Counted from the first letter of the stretch, positions 27,004 through 43,219 are shown. The stretch is DNA of 64,000 nt from Octopus vulgaris (GCA_951406725.2 OX597819.1:2418001-2482000); one strand, 5' to 3'. A program made the numbers and translations. Notes: generated from the letters alone by a model not told the origin.

Positions 27004-29847
27004 CATATGTGTGTGTGTGTATGTATTCATGTGTATGAGTATGTATGTATACATATACATATGTACATACTTATGTAAAGCCACATTTATGCATACATAT
27101 GCTGAGGTGTCGCCTTGAGTGTTTTGGGTTTTGGTTGATCAAACTCAGACATGTACACATTTATATATATACACAAATATGTTTATGGATATATCTATAA
27201 GTACATACATAAATGTATGCAGGTACCCTTTTCATGTTCAACACTTAAATGTGATTATGCAGAATTATGTATAATCCAACGCACAACGAAATGCCAACAA
27301 GACTGGTGAGTTTGTCCAGCATCATAGCCATCATATGCATGAGCCCATTTCTGATTCTAATCATAATTCATTATTGTAAATTCTAAAAAAATATCATTAA
27401 TTAATTTGTAAATGTTGTTTTCATTGTTGAGTAAAACTGTTGATTAATATTGTACTCATAATTCAAAGTCAAACTTTGCTACGCATCGTCACGCTCATTC
27501 TGTTTGATAATTACGTTAAAGGTACACATGCTTCTGAAATAATTAACCATGTACATGCTCATTCTTTTGAACATACAACTGAATACTCATTATCAGAACT
27601 AATTGTTATCCGTTTTATTGTACAGTACTAAAGTTTTATAAAACTCTTTTTCTATTGCTTGTCTACTACAAAACTCATTCCTCAAGTGGTTTTTCCATAT
27701 TCATAGATTTAGATTAATTTCCCATTTGAACAAACTTCATGTTAGGTTTATCTTTTGTTTTTGTTTGTTTTGTTTTTTTAGAGTTTATTTTGTTTTTCTT
27801 TTTGCTTTGTTTTCTGGTTTATCCAGTTAAATAGAATAAATTCTGGTAATATACATAAGTGAGTATAAATGTTTCTCGTATGAAACAAACCTCAGAAAAT
27901 CAGAGTAGTCACTTTTGTCTAGTTGCGATTGACAAGAAGCTATATAGTCACCGAAGTTTTATCTGCTTTCAATTCTGGCTTATACTTTAGGTCAAAATGT
28001 CCTATTATTTTCCAATAAATTGAGTAATTCAGGTTATAATCCGGTTTATACAAAGTTATGGTCAATAAATAGTCATTTAGTTTTTCATCCTCACCACTAA
28101 TTTAAAGCTGTGGCTTGAGCAACTCAGTTTTTTTCCTTACAAAAATATCTAATTAAGGGTTCATAAACTTCACTTCTATTCTAGTGGAAAGTATGTTGTG
28201 TCTGTAAATGTCGCTATCGGTGTGTAACTGTTCTAAATGAAGTTGTTGTGTTTTTTGAAGTTTAGATGATTACTGTGATTGATGTGACTATAGTACGGTA
28301 AACAACCCATTCAAATAGAGGCGGACACCAGAAATTTGGGCATAAGAACAGTCGATTATCTACCTTAGTATTCGATTAGTATTTTATTTTATCAACCCCA
28401 GAAAGACAAAAAACAAAGGATATGGACTAAATACATTCCACAATGTAACCGTTACTGTTATGAAAGTTGAGGTTATTGAGACGATATAGCTATAATTATT
28501 CGTATCATGATGACTGGCTAGGGATTTTATGATTAATATAGGAATTTCAACTGATGCAACTAAGAGTGCAGTTGTTCAAACTTTTTCTGTGTTCTTTATG
28601 ATTAATCTAACAGTGGGTGCTATATCTTACGTAGTTATCATAATTGATGTCGCTGTCGGTTTTACGACTGATGTCACCATTTGGTTTGTAAAGCTGAAAG
28701 TGTTTTTGATCAATGTGGTTCTGTAACTTACTTCCTGTAACGAACAGATAGTATCTAACTTTACAAGACCACTCTGAAATGACAAATGTTATTCTGAGGG
28801 CCGTTATCTGAGGGATCTACAATATAATGAGCTCAATATTCGAAATTTTTATTAAATAAATGTGGATTACCCAATCTTCTCTAAGTTTTTTTTTATCAGA
28901 GAAAGCTCTACTACAACATAAGGGCAATGATTTCTTTCGCCTAGAAATCAACGTTTAAAAGATTTTATTATAATTATTGTAATTATTATTATTTAGCATT
29001 AGACCAGCTCGAACCAATGACCAAAAGTTTAGAAATGGCACATTGAAAACTGCGTAATCCACTGTAATCTTGTTATTTTTAGAACGGTAGGACGTAATTT
29101 GAGGGGTAATTGACTGTTTTTTCTAGCACTTTCAAAACATTTAAATAGAGCCTTTTGCCCATCAACCATACTTGTAAACAAATTACTCGTTACCAGTTAG
29201 ATTGACCAATTCTTTGACAAATAATTTTACTGATTAGTCATTGATGCCTGATTACAACATGGTAAACTGTTACGAAAAATGAAAAAGAATTCATTTTACT
29301 AAGCTATGAACTGAACCACAGAAATTATAATTGATTTATTTTTAGATCTTCAAAAACAGTTTTATGGCTAATTTCATTCAGATGATGTAAAACTGTTTTC
29401 CATAGATGGCTTAAGTAACATGTGACGTAATTTTTAAACGATTTTATGGCTAGTTTATTTCAGTTTCGTTGTGCTATAATAAAGATTCTTTCATTCTTTT
29501 ACTCGTTTCCTTCATTACACTGCGCAGTACCGCCTGGAAATGTGCAAATTATTTCCAGAAACTATCTAATAATTACAGTGGTGTCCTAATAATAATGTTA
29601 AGTATTCTTTGAAATAAGCGGAGCTTACTTTATGGTTAAAAACCAGATATATTCATATATATAATTGAAGATACTGACAAGTTAGATGGCAAATACTTTG
29701 ATATCTGATTAAAAACTTAGGGAGCAAACTGACGACTGTTTCTAAAGGATTGTGGTTCAATATTCTTCACTATAAGTTCCTCAGAAATATATGTTTTACA
29801 ATGAAGTGAGAAGAAAACTCAGCACTACAATCAAAAACCCCTCTTTC

Positions 29848-29887
<40 letters not shown>

Positions 29888-29993
29888 GTAGTAGTAGTGT
29901 TCAAATGAATAGATATACGAAATCAATTTTTGAAATAGTAGTTCTACTAGGGCACGCATTACGGACATCTTATACTTAAAGCGTATGTTTTCT

Positions 29994-30140
29994 TTATTAA
30001 CTGCGGAATTTCGTCCGTGGAAAAGTCTCCATAAGTCATCGATTATCAGAAAAAGACTGAGATTTTGAGTTATTCAAGTGTTTTTTAACTCTAGACGTCT
30101 TAAAGTGACTTATTCCCGGACGAAATTCCGCAGCTAATAA
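29994..30140. mobile_element. MITE-like element
   Basis: Inverted termini ttattaactgcggaatttcgtccg / cggacgaaattccgcagctaataa around about 100 bp of non-coding spacer. Confidence 0.6.
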
Positions 30141-30465
30141 GTGTATAAACAGAACATACATATTAATTATGAATAAATATACATTCGTATAAATATACAT
30201 TGATTAGAGCCATTCTATAACTATAACCAGTCAAAGACTAGTTTTCAAAGTTTCATTCAAATATCTAGACAAACACAAAAGCGCAACAGAAATATCGTTT
30301 AGGCACTTGATAAGTGCTCTTACTATCTGTTGTACAACATTTTGAATTATTTTCTCTCCTACTTCATCTGACGATACAAAACTCTCTTCACATTTTATAT
30401 CTAATCTGCAGTTATATATATATTGTCTATATATTTGTATATAAACACACACACACACACACACG

Positions 30466-30496
<31 letters not shown>

Positions 30497-30525
30497 GTCT
30501 ATATATATATATAGTGTGTGTGTGC

Positions 30526-30575
<50 letters not shown>

Positions 30576-30777
30576 TTGAACAAACGTTCGGATCAGCATT
30601 TGGTTCTCTCCCTATACACATTGTACCCACATATTTTCTGGTTTGCAGAAACCGAATCAGTTACCCTAGCCTACGTGAACTTGAAAACATCTTGGTCCTT
30701 GCCACTCTACTCTGTCTAATTTATACATACATACATGCATACATACATACATACATGCATGCATACATACATACAAA

Positions 30778-30838
<61 letters not shown>

Positions 30839-31166
30839 CATACATATGTATGAATGCATGTTTATAAATGACGTTGAAAGTAAATGAATTATATGCCGTG
30901 TTGTTGAACGAAATAGACTGCAAATGGACTGGTAGAATGGTTGCCAGTTCATCGTTAATGGCACTTAGCAAAGGAATTTAATAATATGGAGATGAGGTGA
31001 AATCTGTGGCGAAGAGTTGAGGAGTGTGAGCTGAGGGAATAATGAGAGGAAAAGATGAGACATGCAATTAAGACGCTCAATTAATACGAGGGAAAGATGG
31101 CAATAATCATGACCTATTGTAACTGATTTGGTTTTTAACCTAAAAATCTTCACATAAACTCACACA

Positions 31167-32086
<920 letters not shown>

Positions 32087-34117
32087 ATGATGATTTTTTT
32101 CAGCTGGCGCAAAAAGTGCAACGCTGAGTGAATTTCACTCCTTTAGATATGTCACAGTGATAATAGTTTCTCTCTTTCATAATGAGGAAAATGAATCATG
32201 TATTCATACCACATTTGTAATCTATTATATCAGAAATGTTGCTGTAAAAAAATACACTAAAAATAATCATAAAAGATTATAACGATTGTTAATAAATATA
32301 TAGCTATATAAGGGAAATAGTTATATCAAATTAAAACGTATATTAATTAGTGCTTGAAGCTTCAACGAGCGTCTATTTACTTCAATCAATATTCTGTCGA
32401 ATATCGATAAATTCTCCGTTGTAGCTTTATTCTTCCATCGCCATTTGTATGCAGCAATAACAAAGTAATAAATGTCATTGAATAGAACAGACAGCGACTA
32501 GTCCCAACACATGAATATCACTTATCATGAACAAATTGAAACAAGAAAATAGATAAATTATGTACTTAGCTAAATGAATGTAAACAGAAACCCAATAGTC
32601 CTCCATCTGTACACATATAACAGTAATTTTCCTAATATCCATTGTCTTTAGGGACGCATGACTATCATATTATCTTCACGGGTGACATATATTTAACATA
32701 GAATACTAGAAAGGAGCTCAAGAATAAACATTTGCTTCAGGGAACTCGTTACAGGGATTTTGTTTGTATTTCTTGTTTTCCATTGTGAAAATCTAATCTG
32801 GGAAATAATGCCTAAAGCAAAAAGTTATATTAATGTAATGGATGTGAATGTTGTTAAATCATAGGCCCCCTTCGTTTTCCCAAGTGTCCATATGCAAAAC
32901 AACTACAGAGTGATGGTGCATTATACAAATGCAACGAATAAGGAAAAATATATATATGTTTTAAAACATATATAAGTTGGGATTTCTTTTTTGTAATAGA
33001 ACTTCTGTAAATAGTCTGTTTATATAAACAGATCACTTGCAGAATTATACTTTAAAAAATTCTAACATTTGTGCAGCAAATTTGTATGAACATTTTAATG
33101 TGTATGCTTCTACCTCAATGAATATGTAGGCTTTTATGTGATAATTTTAATATTTGTGAAAAATTGTGAGCATGTATTTGAATGTATGTGTAAATATGTG
33201 AATGTGCCTCTGCACTACTATGTCTGTCTGTGTGTGTGTGTGTGTGTGAATGTATTCAAAATAAAATAAAAATGTATATAAATAGGATTTAGTTTGATAA
33301 ACATATTATGTAGAAAGGTGTATGAAAATATCAACGTTAGAGCTGTCATTTACACTATATTCACTTTCATATCGGCTTCATATTTCTGTACAAAAAAATT
33401 CTATTTCAAAAATACGACCACATATTTACCATTCAGTCTTAGAATATATGAATTCAATTGCATATATAGACATATGCATAACAGTATGGTTCACGATTCA
33501 GTCCCAATGCGTGGTACCTTGATCACGTGAGTCTTATAAAAGCTTCAGACTGATCAATAAGATGCGTGTAGAAGTCAGATAAAGAATTCTTACGGAAGTT
33601 CGTCGTATTTATGCTTGTGCGTACTTAGTTACCTGTGCTTATGCGTGTTTAGGTACCTGTGTTTATTATTTAGCATTTATGATGTAACCCATTATGCCAA
33701 ATAACTTAACTATTCGGCAAAGAGAGTTCGATAAACTAATTACTGAGATCAATATGGTCGACTAAAACCTTATGGATGGACGCTAATGATTGTAGTCTGA
33801 ATAGCTGAAACTGGTGTAAGTATACAATATTCAATGTACGAGTGTATTATTTTTAACACTTATTGATAAGCGATATGGTCTGAAATATATTGCTCAAGAG
33901 AATAGTCAATATAATCGACCAAACTCTTAAAGGCAATGCACATGAATGACGGCAATCAGATCACGAGAACCAATAACAGAATTCACCAAAGACATCGAAA
34001 TAGCTGACGTCGCGAGGGCCACACGATTCTGAGATTATAAATGTATATATACATACATACACACAAACACATACTTGTATATATGTATAGCTGTATACGT
34101 ATGTATATATGCTTACA

Positions 34118-34550
34118 TCTTTTATTTGTTTCAGTCATTGGGGTCTAACCATGCTGAGGCACCGCCTAGAAATGTTTTAGTCCCCAGTACATTTTCTTTT
34201 TTACATTTTTGCCTGCTTCTCGTTACCACTAAGTTATTGCTAACCTTCGGGGACGTAAACAAACCAACACTGGTTGCCAAGCGGTATAGGAGGACACACA
34301 CATACACAAGCATACCCACACACATATGCACACGCACACACACACACACACACACACGCACACACACACACACACACACACATAAACACACACATACACG
34401 GAGAGCTTTCAATTTCCGTCTACCAAATCCACTAACAAGGCTTTGTCGATCCAGGGCTATAGTTAAAGACACTTTCCCAACGCGCTGCGCAGTGAGACTG
34501 AACCAGCAATTATGTGGTTGGGAGACTAACTTCTTACCGCACAGCCATGT
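34118..34550 (-). mobile_element. SINE family A
   Basis: tttc.atttccgtctaccaaatccact.acaaggcttt is the reverse complement of the core; internal (CA)n. Confidence 0.8.
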
Positions 34551-35568
34551 CTATGCAACATATACATGTATATGTGCATATATATGTGCATGTACGTGTG
34601 CGTATGTGCGCGTGCGTATGTGTATGTGTGAGTATGTGAGCCACAGTGGTCTAGTGAGTACAGACATATGTAGAAACAGCAATGAATATTCTTTGCAGGG
34701 TTCACTCCTATCTAGAACTTGCACTAAGGTGTCTTAATATAATTTTAGGCGCAGGAATGACTTTATGGCTGAGCGGTTCGCTACACAGCTACGTGGCTTT
34801 GGGTTCAGTACCATTGCGTGGCACTTCGGGGAAATATCTTCTATAGAAGCCTCGTGCCTACAAGTAGGCGGAAAGTGTGTAGAAAACCGGCCGCTTGCCA
34901 CTGATGAAGCACAGTACACTGAAATCACGTGATCTGTCAGTTCCGATATTCATACCGCTCTGTTACAGTATATGTCACTGCTTTTAGCACTATACGTCTA
35001 TATGAGAGGATCAGTTACATCTACGTTTAATATGATATAAAAATAGCCATTTTATATATTTGCATACATGTACATATATATTTTACATATGTATATAAAT
35101 AAATATAAATATGCAGGTATATATATTTTTTCTTATTATGCATTAGCTGATCCGTGCCTTCAAAAATGCCGGCTAATAGTAGTATAAAATACATAAATAA
35201 GGTACAAAATAATCACAAATACAAACATTCGCATACTTCCCTTGGACACGCGCAAACATGCGCATATATACTCACACAGACTTGAAACGCTCTTTGATTT
35301 TTATTTTCAGCGTTGTATGTTCCCTATCCCACTTCCATTGCATGCACGCACACACATACACACACACATACATACACACACACACACACACTCACAAACA
35401 TTCCCATACCTACCTTTTACATACACATACATACTCACGTAGAGTTGAAACGCTGTTTGATTATTTTTTCACCGTAGAACTTTCATAATCCCACTACCAG
35501 GTTTGCCATCATCCCTACTTTTCTCATTCATATGCGGTGACAGAGAAATACAGTAGGGGATATATATA

Positions 35569-36340
35569 CCGGGTGTTTCAAAAAATTTGACATCATTTTG
35601 CAATCTAGTAACTTTGCAAGTTATTGTTCAAATAACTTCAAATTTTAACAGCATGTGTAGAAACACGTCGAAATATTATGTTTAACGTTTGATATCTTTA
35701 TCTTTTCAGGTATAGAAATAGAATTGAATGGAAGAGAAAATGTGTTTTGTGTGTTAGAGTATGCTCGAATACAGTCGAAAGAGACTGTGCAGCTTGCATT
35801 TGTGAGAGAGTTCTCTAAAAAGTCACCAACGGCAATGCGGATTTGGATATGACACAAAAATTTCAAAGCGGAAGTCTGTCTGTGCAGGGAAAAAGGATCT
35901 GAACGACACTAGCATCGGAAGAGACGGTCGAGTGGGTTCGCCAAAAATTCTAGCAAAGCCCCAAAAAGTCCATAAGAAGAACAAGTCTGGAAGCCCAGAT
36001 TCCTCAGACGACAGTTTGTCGCGTCCTAAGGAAACGCTTGCTAATAAAACCCTACAAAATGCAGCTCCTTCCCGCTATAACAGCAGATAACAAGCGAAAG
36101 CGCGAACATGGGGCTATGTGAAGGGCCTTCCTATAGCCCTAGAGGAACTCGAGCAGAGAATCACTACCGCACTGGAGACTATTGCGCAAGACACGCTGCA
36201 GCGTGTTTCGCGGGAGTTGGACTCCCGACTTCAGGTGCGCCGTGTCTCAGGCGCTGCGCATAATGAGCATTTATGAAATCGTTCATGGAACATTTTGACT
36301 TTCTCATACGTTCAAATTTCTCATTCAAATTTAGAGGAAT
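35569..36340 (+). mobile_element. Internally deleted Tc1/mariner-superfamily transposon relic
   Basis: TA|ccgggtg left end. N-terminal HTH region (...QSPKKSIRRTSLEAQIPQTTVCRVLRKRLLIKPYKMQL) is joined directly to the C-terminal WGYVK...LEELEQRITTA; the catalytic core is missing. Right end not clearly seen. Confidence 0.7.
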
Positions 36341-36571
36341 AAATCTCATGCCTGATTCGATTCATTTGCTTTGACTACTTAGTTTCTGTGATACATGCAT
36401 CTATGATATCAAATTTTGTGCACCACACGGTATGGATGTATGCTCAGACATTTGCACTTTCATTTCCGGAGCAAGCTGTTCCATTGATCGTATCAGCTGG
36501 GACGCTCATCGTCGTAACCGACCGAGTGCTCAGCTATATATATATATATATATATATATACAAATATATAT

Positions 36572-36624
<53 letters not shown>

Positions 36625-36643
36625 CACACACACACTTATGTGC

Positions 36644-36681
<38 letters not shown>

Positions 36682-37085
36682 AAAAAATGAAGTTCGAAAA
36701 TGCTGCTGTATTATACAATTTTTAATTTTTATATATATACATTATAACATGTTTCAGTTCCTGAAATGAACTTTATCAAAAAAAGTTATATATAAAAAAA
36801 GACAGCTCATGCCGTCAAACACAAGAAATTCATTTATAATACACAACGGAGTCAGACATCTTAGAGTTCATGTATAGTTGATATATAGTTCATGTATAGT
36901 TGATATATAGTTTGAAGTATATGTTCAAAGTGTTCGATGCAGTGGCCCACGGTGGCGATACGTATTCAATACAAAAAACAGATCAAAGTGGTGGAAAGCG
37001 GTCAATACAGAAGATTGATGTTTCCGAAAGAGCGAAGAATTCATTTTTACCTTAAGCAAATGTGTTGACCCATGGTGGATGTTCG

Positions 37086-37146
<61 letters not shown>

Positions 37147-37565
37147 CATACATACATACATACATACATACATAAACTGTTACAAGGAAAAGACTGACAG
37201 TGACTTTAAAATTACGAAGTTACAACAATTTACTAGAATGCATTGAGTATGCCTTTACTTTAATGGTTTTTACATATAATGCGCATAAGAAATTGTCGAA
37301 CCCTCATACATTATCTAATTACAGGAGAATCCATTATTATATATGTATTTAACTTCTCTCAATCTATCAGTATTTATATCCTGGATTATAAGAGCTTTCC
37401 TGGCTTCTGCAACATGACTACAACTAATATCCTTTTATTTTCTAACATTATTCCTCCACTATGCTGGATAGCAAAAACTGTACATTACTATCTTGGACTG
37501 ACCAAGTCCATAAAAAGCCCATATCAAATTTCAATATAATGGCTGGAGAATATCTAACCTATATA

Positions 37566-38843
37566 TCAGGTCACCCCATTAGTTCTGTCCGATTTTATCC
37601 TTTTTAAAACTGAATGAAATTTAATAATATTTTACAATGTCTAATGGAATTAAAAATTATTTTTATGCATTTGTGTACATTTAAACTAATTAAATATTAT
37701 TTTACAGAATAATAGAATTAAAATTTATTTGATTAAAACCCTTTCTAACATGGAAGTATCCAAAGAGCAATTGAGGCACGTGATGCTTTACGAGTACAAA
37801 AAAAGGAAACTCTGCAGCCGAAGCGACTCGAAACATACACTCAGCTTATGGGAAAGAGTGCTTGAATGAAAGAACTTGCAGAAGATGGTTTGCAAAATTC
37901 AGAAGTTGAGATTTCAGCCTTGGAGATGAAGACGTCCAGTTGAGTTTGATGATAAGCTCCTTGAGGCATTACTTGAAGAAAATTCTACATTATCAGTTGA
38001 AGAATTGGCAATAAAGCTTAGTTCAAACCATACAACTGTTCATCGCCATCTTCAACAACTTGAAAAGGTTCCTAAACTTGGAAAATAGGTGCCTCATGAA
38101 TTGTTCGAAAGCAACTGCAGTTCCCGAGTTGATATCTGCTCTTCTCTCCATTCTCGCAAACTCATTTCACGCTTGTTGGATAGACTTGTGGCTGGTGACG
38201 AAAAATGGATCTTCTATCGAAATGTTAAATGTCGTAAACAGTGGCTTGGTAAAAGGGGAAAAGCTCAACCACCATCGAGAAGAGAACTTCATGCGAAAAA
38301 GGGTTCTTCTCTATATCTGGTGGGATTGGAAAGGAGTAAATCACTTTGAATTGTTACCACCTAATGCAACAATCAATGCTCAAGTCTACTGTAAACAATT
38401 AGAGCGTTTGAACCAAGTTTTGAAGAAAAAAGACCCACTTTAGTGAATCGAAAAGGAGTGATGTTTCATCAGGACAATGCGCGACCCCACATTGCAAATA
38501 TCACATCACAGAAGATCGAAGAGCTTAGTTGAGAAAAAATTCATCATCTACCTTATTCTCCCGACCTTGCTCCTTCAGACTACCATTTGTTTCGTAGTTT
38601 ACAGAATCATTTGAGAGACATAACTTTCGTAAGCCAGGAGAAGGTCGAAACTGACATTTCAGAGTTCTTCGCTTTGAAACCAAAAGAGTTTTACATTGAT
38701 CGAATTAAAAAGCTTGTAAATAGATGGAAGGAAGTCATAGATAATCAGGGAAAGTACATTGGGGATTAAATTTCAATTAAATATAACATTGATCACTTGT
38801 TTTCTTTATTCAAAATTCGGACAGCACTTATGGGATAACCTGA
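37566..38843 (+). mobile_element. Full-length mariner DNA transposon (1278 bp)
   Basis: 27-bp TIRs tcaggtcaccccattagttctgtccga / tcggacagcacttatgggataacctga (4 mismatches), TA on both sides. Confidence 0.92.
37750..38769 (+). pseudogene. Mariner (DD34D-type) transposase pseudogene
   Basis: MEVSKEQLRHVMLYEY..., GDEKWIFY, HQDNARPH, YSPDLAPSDYHLF; several stops and frameshifts. Confidence 0.9.
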
Positions 38844-40601
38844 TACAATGCTGATATGGTAATGGGTGTTGACTTGACTACAAACATTAATGTTTTACGC
38901 TGTCCCTCTTCCAAAGTTGGCAATACAATGTCCCTACTTCTAGTAAGTGACTCCTATACTATCCGCTTATCTACTTCCACCCCTTTGTAACTTGTCTTCC
39001 ACTACTCTATTCTATCCTACTTGAATTTTTCCATCTTCTCCTCCCACCTTCCCTACACAATAGCCATTCATCCAGTGCTTTGCTTGTTATAACCAGAGAT
39101 GGCTCGGACGAAAGTAGCGTCAATGTTCTTAGGTCGTGCAATTTTCAATTGATCAATAGACCGATTGAGTAAACCTATCAGTAATGTACCTATAATGACT
39201 ACTGGAAATAGCGGTAAGACAAATTTGCCCCAATAAAGGAAAAATATGAAATGAACATTAATTTCAATTTGTTTCATATATATATATATATATATAACGG
39301 CGGTGCATCAGCATGGCCGCAGCTCTGAGCTGAAACTAGAAAAAAAAATATGTATATGAGTGAGCATATGTTTATATGTGTGCGTATGAGTTGCATGGAT
39401 GGGCATTTGAGGGAGTGATAATCAGAGAGAGAGAAATGATCTTTTAATATTTGTAGTTACTATTACTATCAGTGAATATATCATTTTGAAGAAACATTTG
39501 CAATATATGTAAAAGTGGCAACAAGCTTTGAAAGTTATACTTATTGGGTAAGTGACTTGATCGCCGATCTTGTATGGAAACTGAAGAAAATGGAAGAAAA
39601 TATCAGCCATTTAAAAATAAACAGCATCTGTTACATTCCCTTTTCAGTGTTTCTTAATGGTTCGACGTATAAAAATGAATCATGGCCAGTACAAACTTGA
39701 TCAGTGGAAGTCTTTTCAAATGGCTCATAGGATTTTTCTACGATCCATTTACAAGATTTTAATGAGAGTTGATTTAGTTACATTTTACTTTAATGAGAAC
39801 ACGTGAAAAGAGTCACGTTCTGCAAACCTAGCAAATCCTGAGGTCAGGCCAGTCTACTTCCTGATCACTTCCTCTTATGCTTCTAATACAAAAACTAACA
39901 ACAAAACTGTTTTACATGCTCAAAATACATTACGTTGCATAAGAGATGATAATGGCAGCTTCTTTGTGTCCGAAAATCTTAGCGATAAGTGGCTATGTAA
40001 ATTGTTCCTTAACATTGCATGGCTTTTCTTCCTACCTGTGCATAGTAGTTCAAAAGTGTGTAGTTCTCACAATCCGATCCGACCTCTTAGACGTGACTAT
40101 CTAACAATTATGTATCAGCTGGTTAAGACGGCTGTGGTGACCAGCAAGCTGTAAGTTTTACATTAGAGTGACCTTCACCTAGGTGACTCGCCTTACAGAG
40201 GTGGTGAGTTCCACCTACTGTGGATTATATTGTATGCTGTATGGATAAAAGTATAATTAATATCATTTGGTGTTTATCAAATCACAATCATAAAAATTCG
40301 AGACAATGTTTATAACGTGTTTATTCCTGATATAAAGAGCATGATATGGGTATAAATAGTTTGAAGAGAATGAAAGGATATTCGAATTACAGTAAAATTT
40401 ATGCACTGTTATCACATGTCCCCATTACCGTGGGCTTTTGAATGTCCAATTAGATCATATCATGTGTAGTGTGAGAAAAAGAGTGATTAAGTTTTTAAAA
40501 AGTATTCTGTTAAAATGTTAAGATTGCTTTAAGATACATGGCGTATTTTATAAGTATGCTTGTTCGAGTATCATAGTAGTATGAAACTATTGGTGCCTTT
40601 T

Positions 40602-41105
<504 letters not shown>

Positions 41106-41490
41106 AATAACATATATATATTTCTTATTAACTAAGCGACATAAGCTTTATGTAGATATCTGTGAAAAGAATTTGTAGACATCTATATAGACTCCATATT
41201 TAGGGAATGATTACAAATGTCTGTAATTATTTGAAACTGTTACAACAAAAATATGTTGTTGCCACCAAACGAACTTTGAGACTATTTAACAAATAGTAAA
41301 TGAAAATATGTAACGTCACTACTGGGTTCCAAAAGTGATATCACTTAAACCAGGAATTGAAACCTGGTCTTTGGTTTGGTTTTCCGAAATTTTATTAAAT
41401 TCTACTATCGCACAATTTCAGTATAAATATTACGAATGATTCGTTGCAGTCACGATAAACATTTAATCATTGCTAATTTTATAATTATAG

Positions 41491-41661
41491 GTTTGATATC
41501 AGTCGGCCAGTGGATGAGCACTTTCCAAGTTTATCTTATTCATAATAATACGTTAAAGAATTGTCGCATTAGACCCACATACAATAAAGTAATGGATGAG
41601 GAATATTTAAGAATGCCAGAAAATGGATGGAGAGGAATTAGAATATCTCTGCTAAAAGAAA
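41491..41661 (+). CDS. iGluR-family gene, exon 2 (ATD)
   Basis: ag|GT TTG ATA...GAA A|gtaagt; 171 nt, phase 1-1, open (LISVGQWMSTFQVYL...SLLKE). Confidence 0.75.
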
Positions 41662-41846
41662 GTAAGTTCAAATATTTTTAACATCTTTTTAAACATAAGC
41701 AAAACCAATACAAATCAAGAATTTTTAGCATATTAATTTTAAAATTATATACTGTTCTTTAAACCTTTCTATGTTTATTGCATGTTTAGTTTGGTATAGC
41801 TATATCACAATTTCGATACAAATTGCTATTGTCTCTTTTTGTGTAG

Positions 41847-42128
41847 TTGGAACTGATGAATTTGAAACACCTCTCTTAATAATCGGACCATACTATGCCA
41901 ATCTTGCTATGATACTAGACGAAGTAAATATGCCATATATAGTGACAGACGAAAAAGGAAACCACTGGGCTGATCGCAGTCGAACACAAGATAACATACG
42001 CTGGAAGAACACCATATATATTCGACCTCCCGCCCGAGAGCAGAATAAAGCTGTTGTCGATTTGTTTGCTCTTAAGAAATGGGACGGTGGTGTAATGATA
42101 ATGCCGGCTAATAAGGAAGATAATTATG
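41847..42128 (+). CDS. iGluR-family gene, exon 3 (ATD)
   Basis: tttttgtgtag acceptor, G|gtaagg donor; LIIGP...MPYIV...IRPP...AVVDLFALKKW are ATD-type motifs. Confidence 0.85.
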
Positions 42129-43019
42129 GTAAGGAATCTATTTATTTTTTATCACAATTCTTTCTTAGATGATCTTTCTTAGTTAAAATCTCGCTAAACT
42201 AGTTTTTCCTTCTTTACATTTTCAATGCGCGATAGACCAGAAATTGTCAGTTTCGAAATCAGGAGAATTCTCTCGGTCTCGGAAAATGTTGCTGGAGGAA
42301 AATGTTTACTCCTTTTCTGAAGCTTAGCAGGATATAGCTCAATCATTATCTTCTGATATCAATTAAACTGCCATTTTCTTCGCCAGGGATGAATTTTTTT
42401 TCATGCTAGCCAAAAGTGATGAGAGTAAATGGATTAAGAGAATATCTGGAAACTAATGCTAACACACTCAAGTGAGTACAGCTGGGCAGATAACATAAAA
42501 GTAATTGTATTTGGTACGTCATATGACTTCTGACAAAATTATCGGAAATATTGTTACTGAGTAAAATAGTCGAGTTGAGAAATACAGACGACTAGCCTAG
42601 ATATCCGTTTCCACTCATGCGCTCCATCGTTAAGACTTTCTCTGCTACAAGAGAAAAAGGCTAATAACTTATTCTGAAAACAAAGCTGAAAGGACGATAT
42701 ATATTACCCCGTTGGTGATGTTAAGTGTAAAGATATTGGTGATGCTAAAATTTATAGCGAGCAATAAGTATTGTTATTGTTCTTGTTGGTGGTGCTTGTC
42801 GGTGGAATTGATGTTGTTTTTGTGGGGGTGGGGTGAGTTGTGGCATTGTTAGTGACGGCGGTGGCAGTGGCGGCGGCGGCGGTGTAGGTGGTGGCGAAGA
42901 AGGTGATGGTTCACAACATACTGAGATATATGAAATTTATTAATGTGAAAATTGTAGAAATTTAGTATCCTTAAAAATCAATATTAAAATCAATTATTTT
43001 GTCTTCTACTTTTAAACAG

Positions 43020-43219
43020 AATGTCAAGACTTAGCGAACCAGATGTTATATGCAGGGAAATATCTGGTAAAATATACCATCAACACAACGTCTCAAGATA
43101 TTATGGAACTGAGAATAAGTTCTGTCATAAAAAATTCATTGTACATGACACAGACACGATATATTGTATGCAGCCCGCGAGAATCTCGACACAACCTGAG
43201 CCAAACATTTCTAAATCAG
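43020..43219 (+). CDS. iGluR-family gene, exon 4 (ATD)
   Basis: tttaaacag acceptor, CAG|gtttgt donor; phase 1 to 0; ECQDLANQML...RYIVCSP...FLNQ. Confidence 0.8.

Noticed and set aside
35140-35560. Possible minus-strand Helitron with internal direct repeat ttgaaacgct.tttgatt
   Set aside because: Termini too degraded (no clean CTAG or TC).
36864-36912. About 23-bp tandem duplication
   Set aside because: Simple slippage duplication; two units with no spacers, so not an array.
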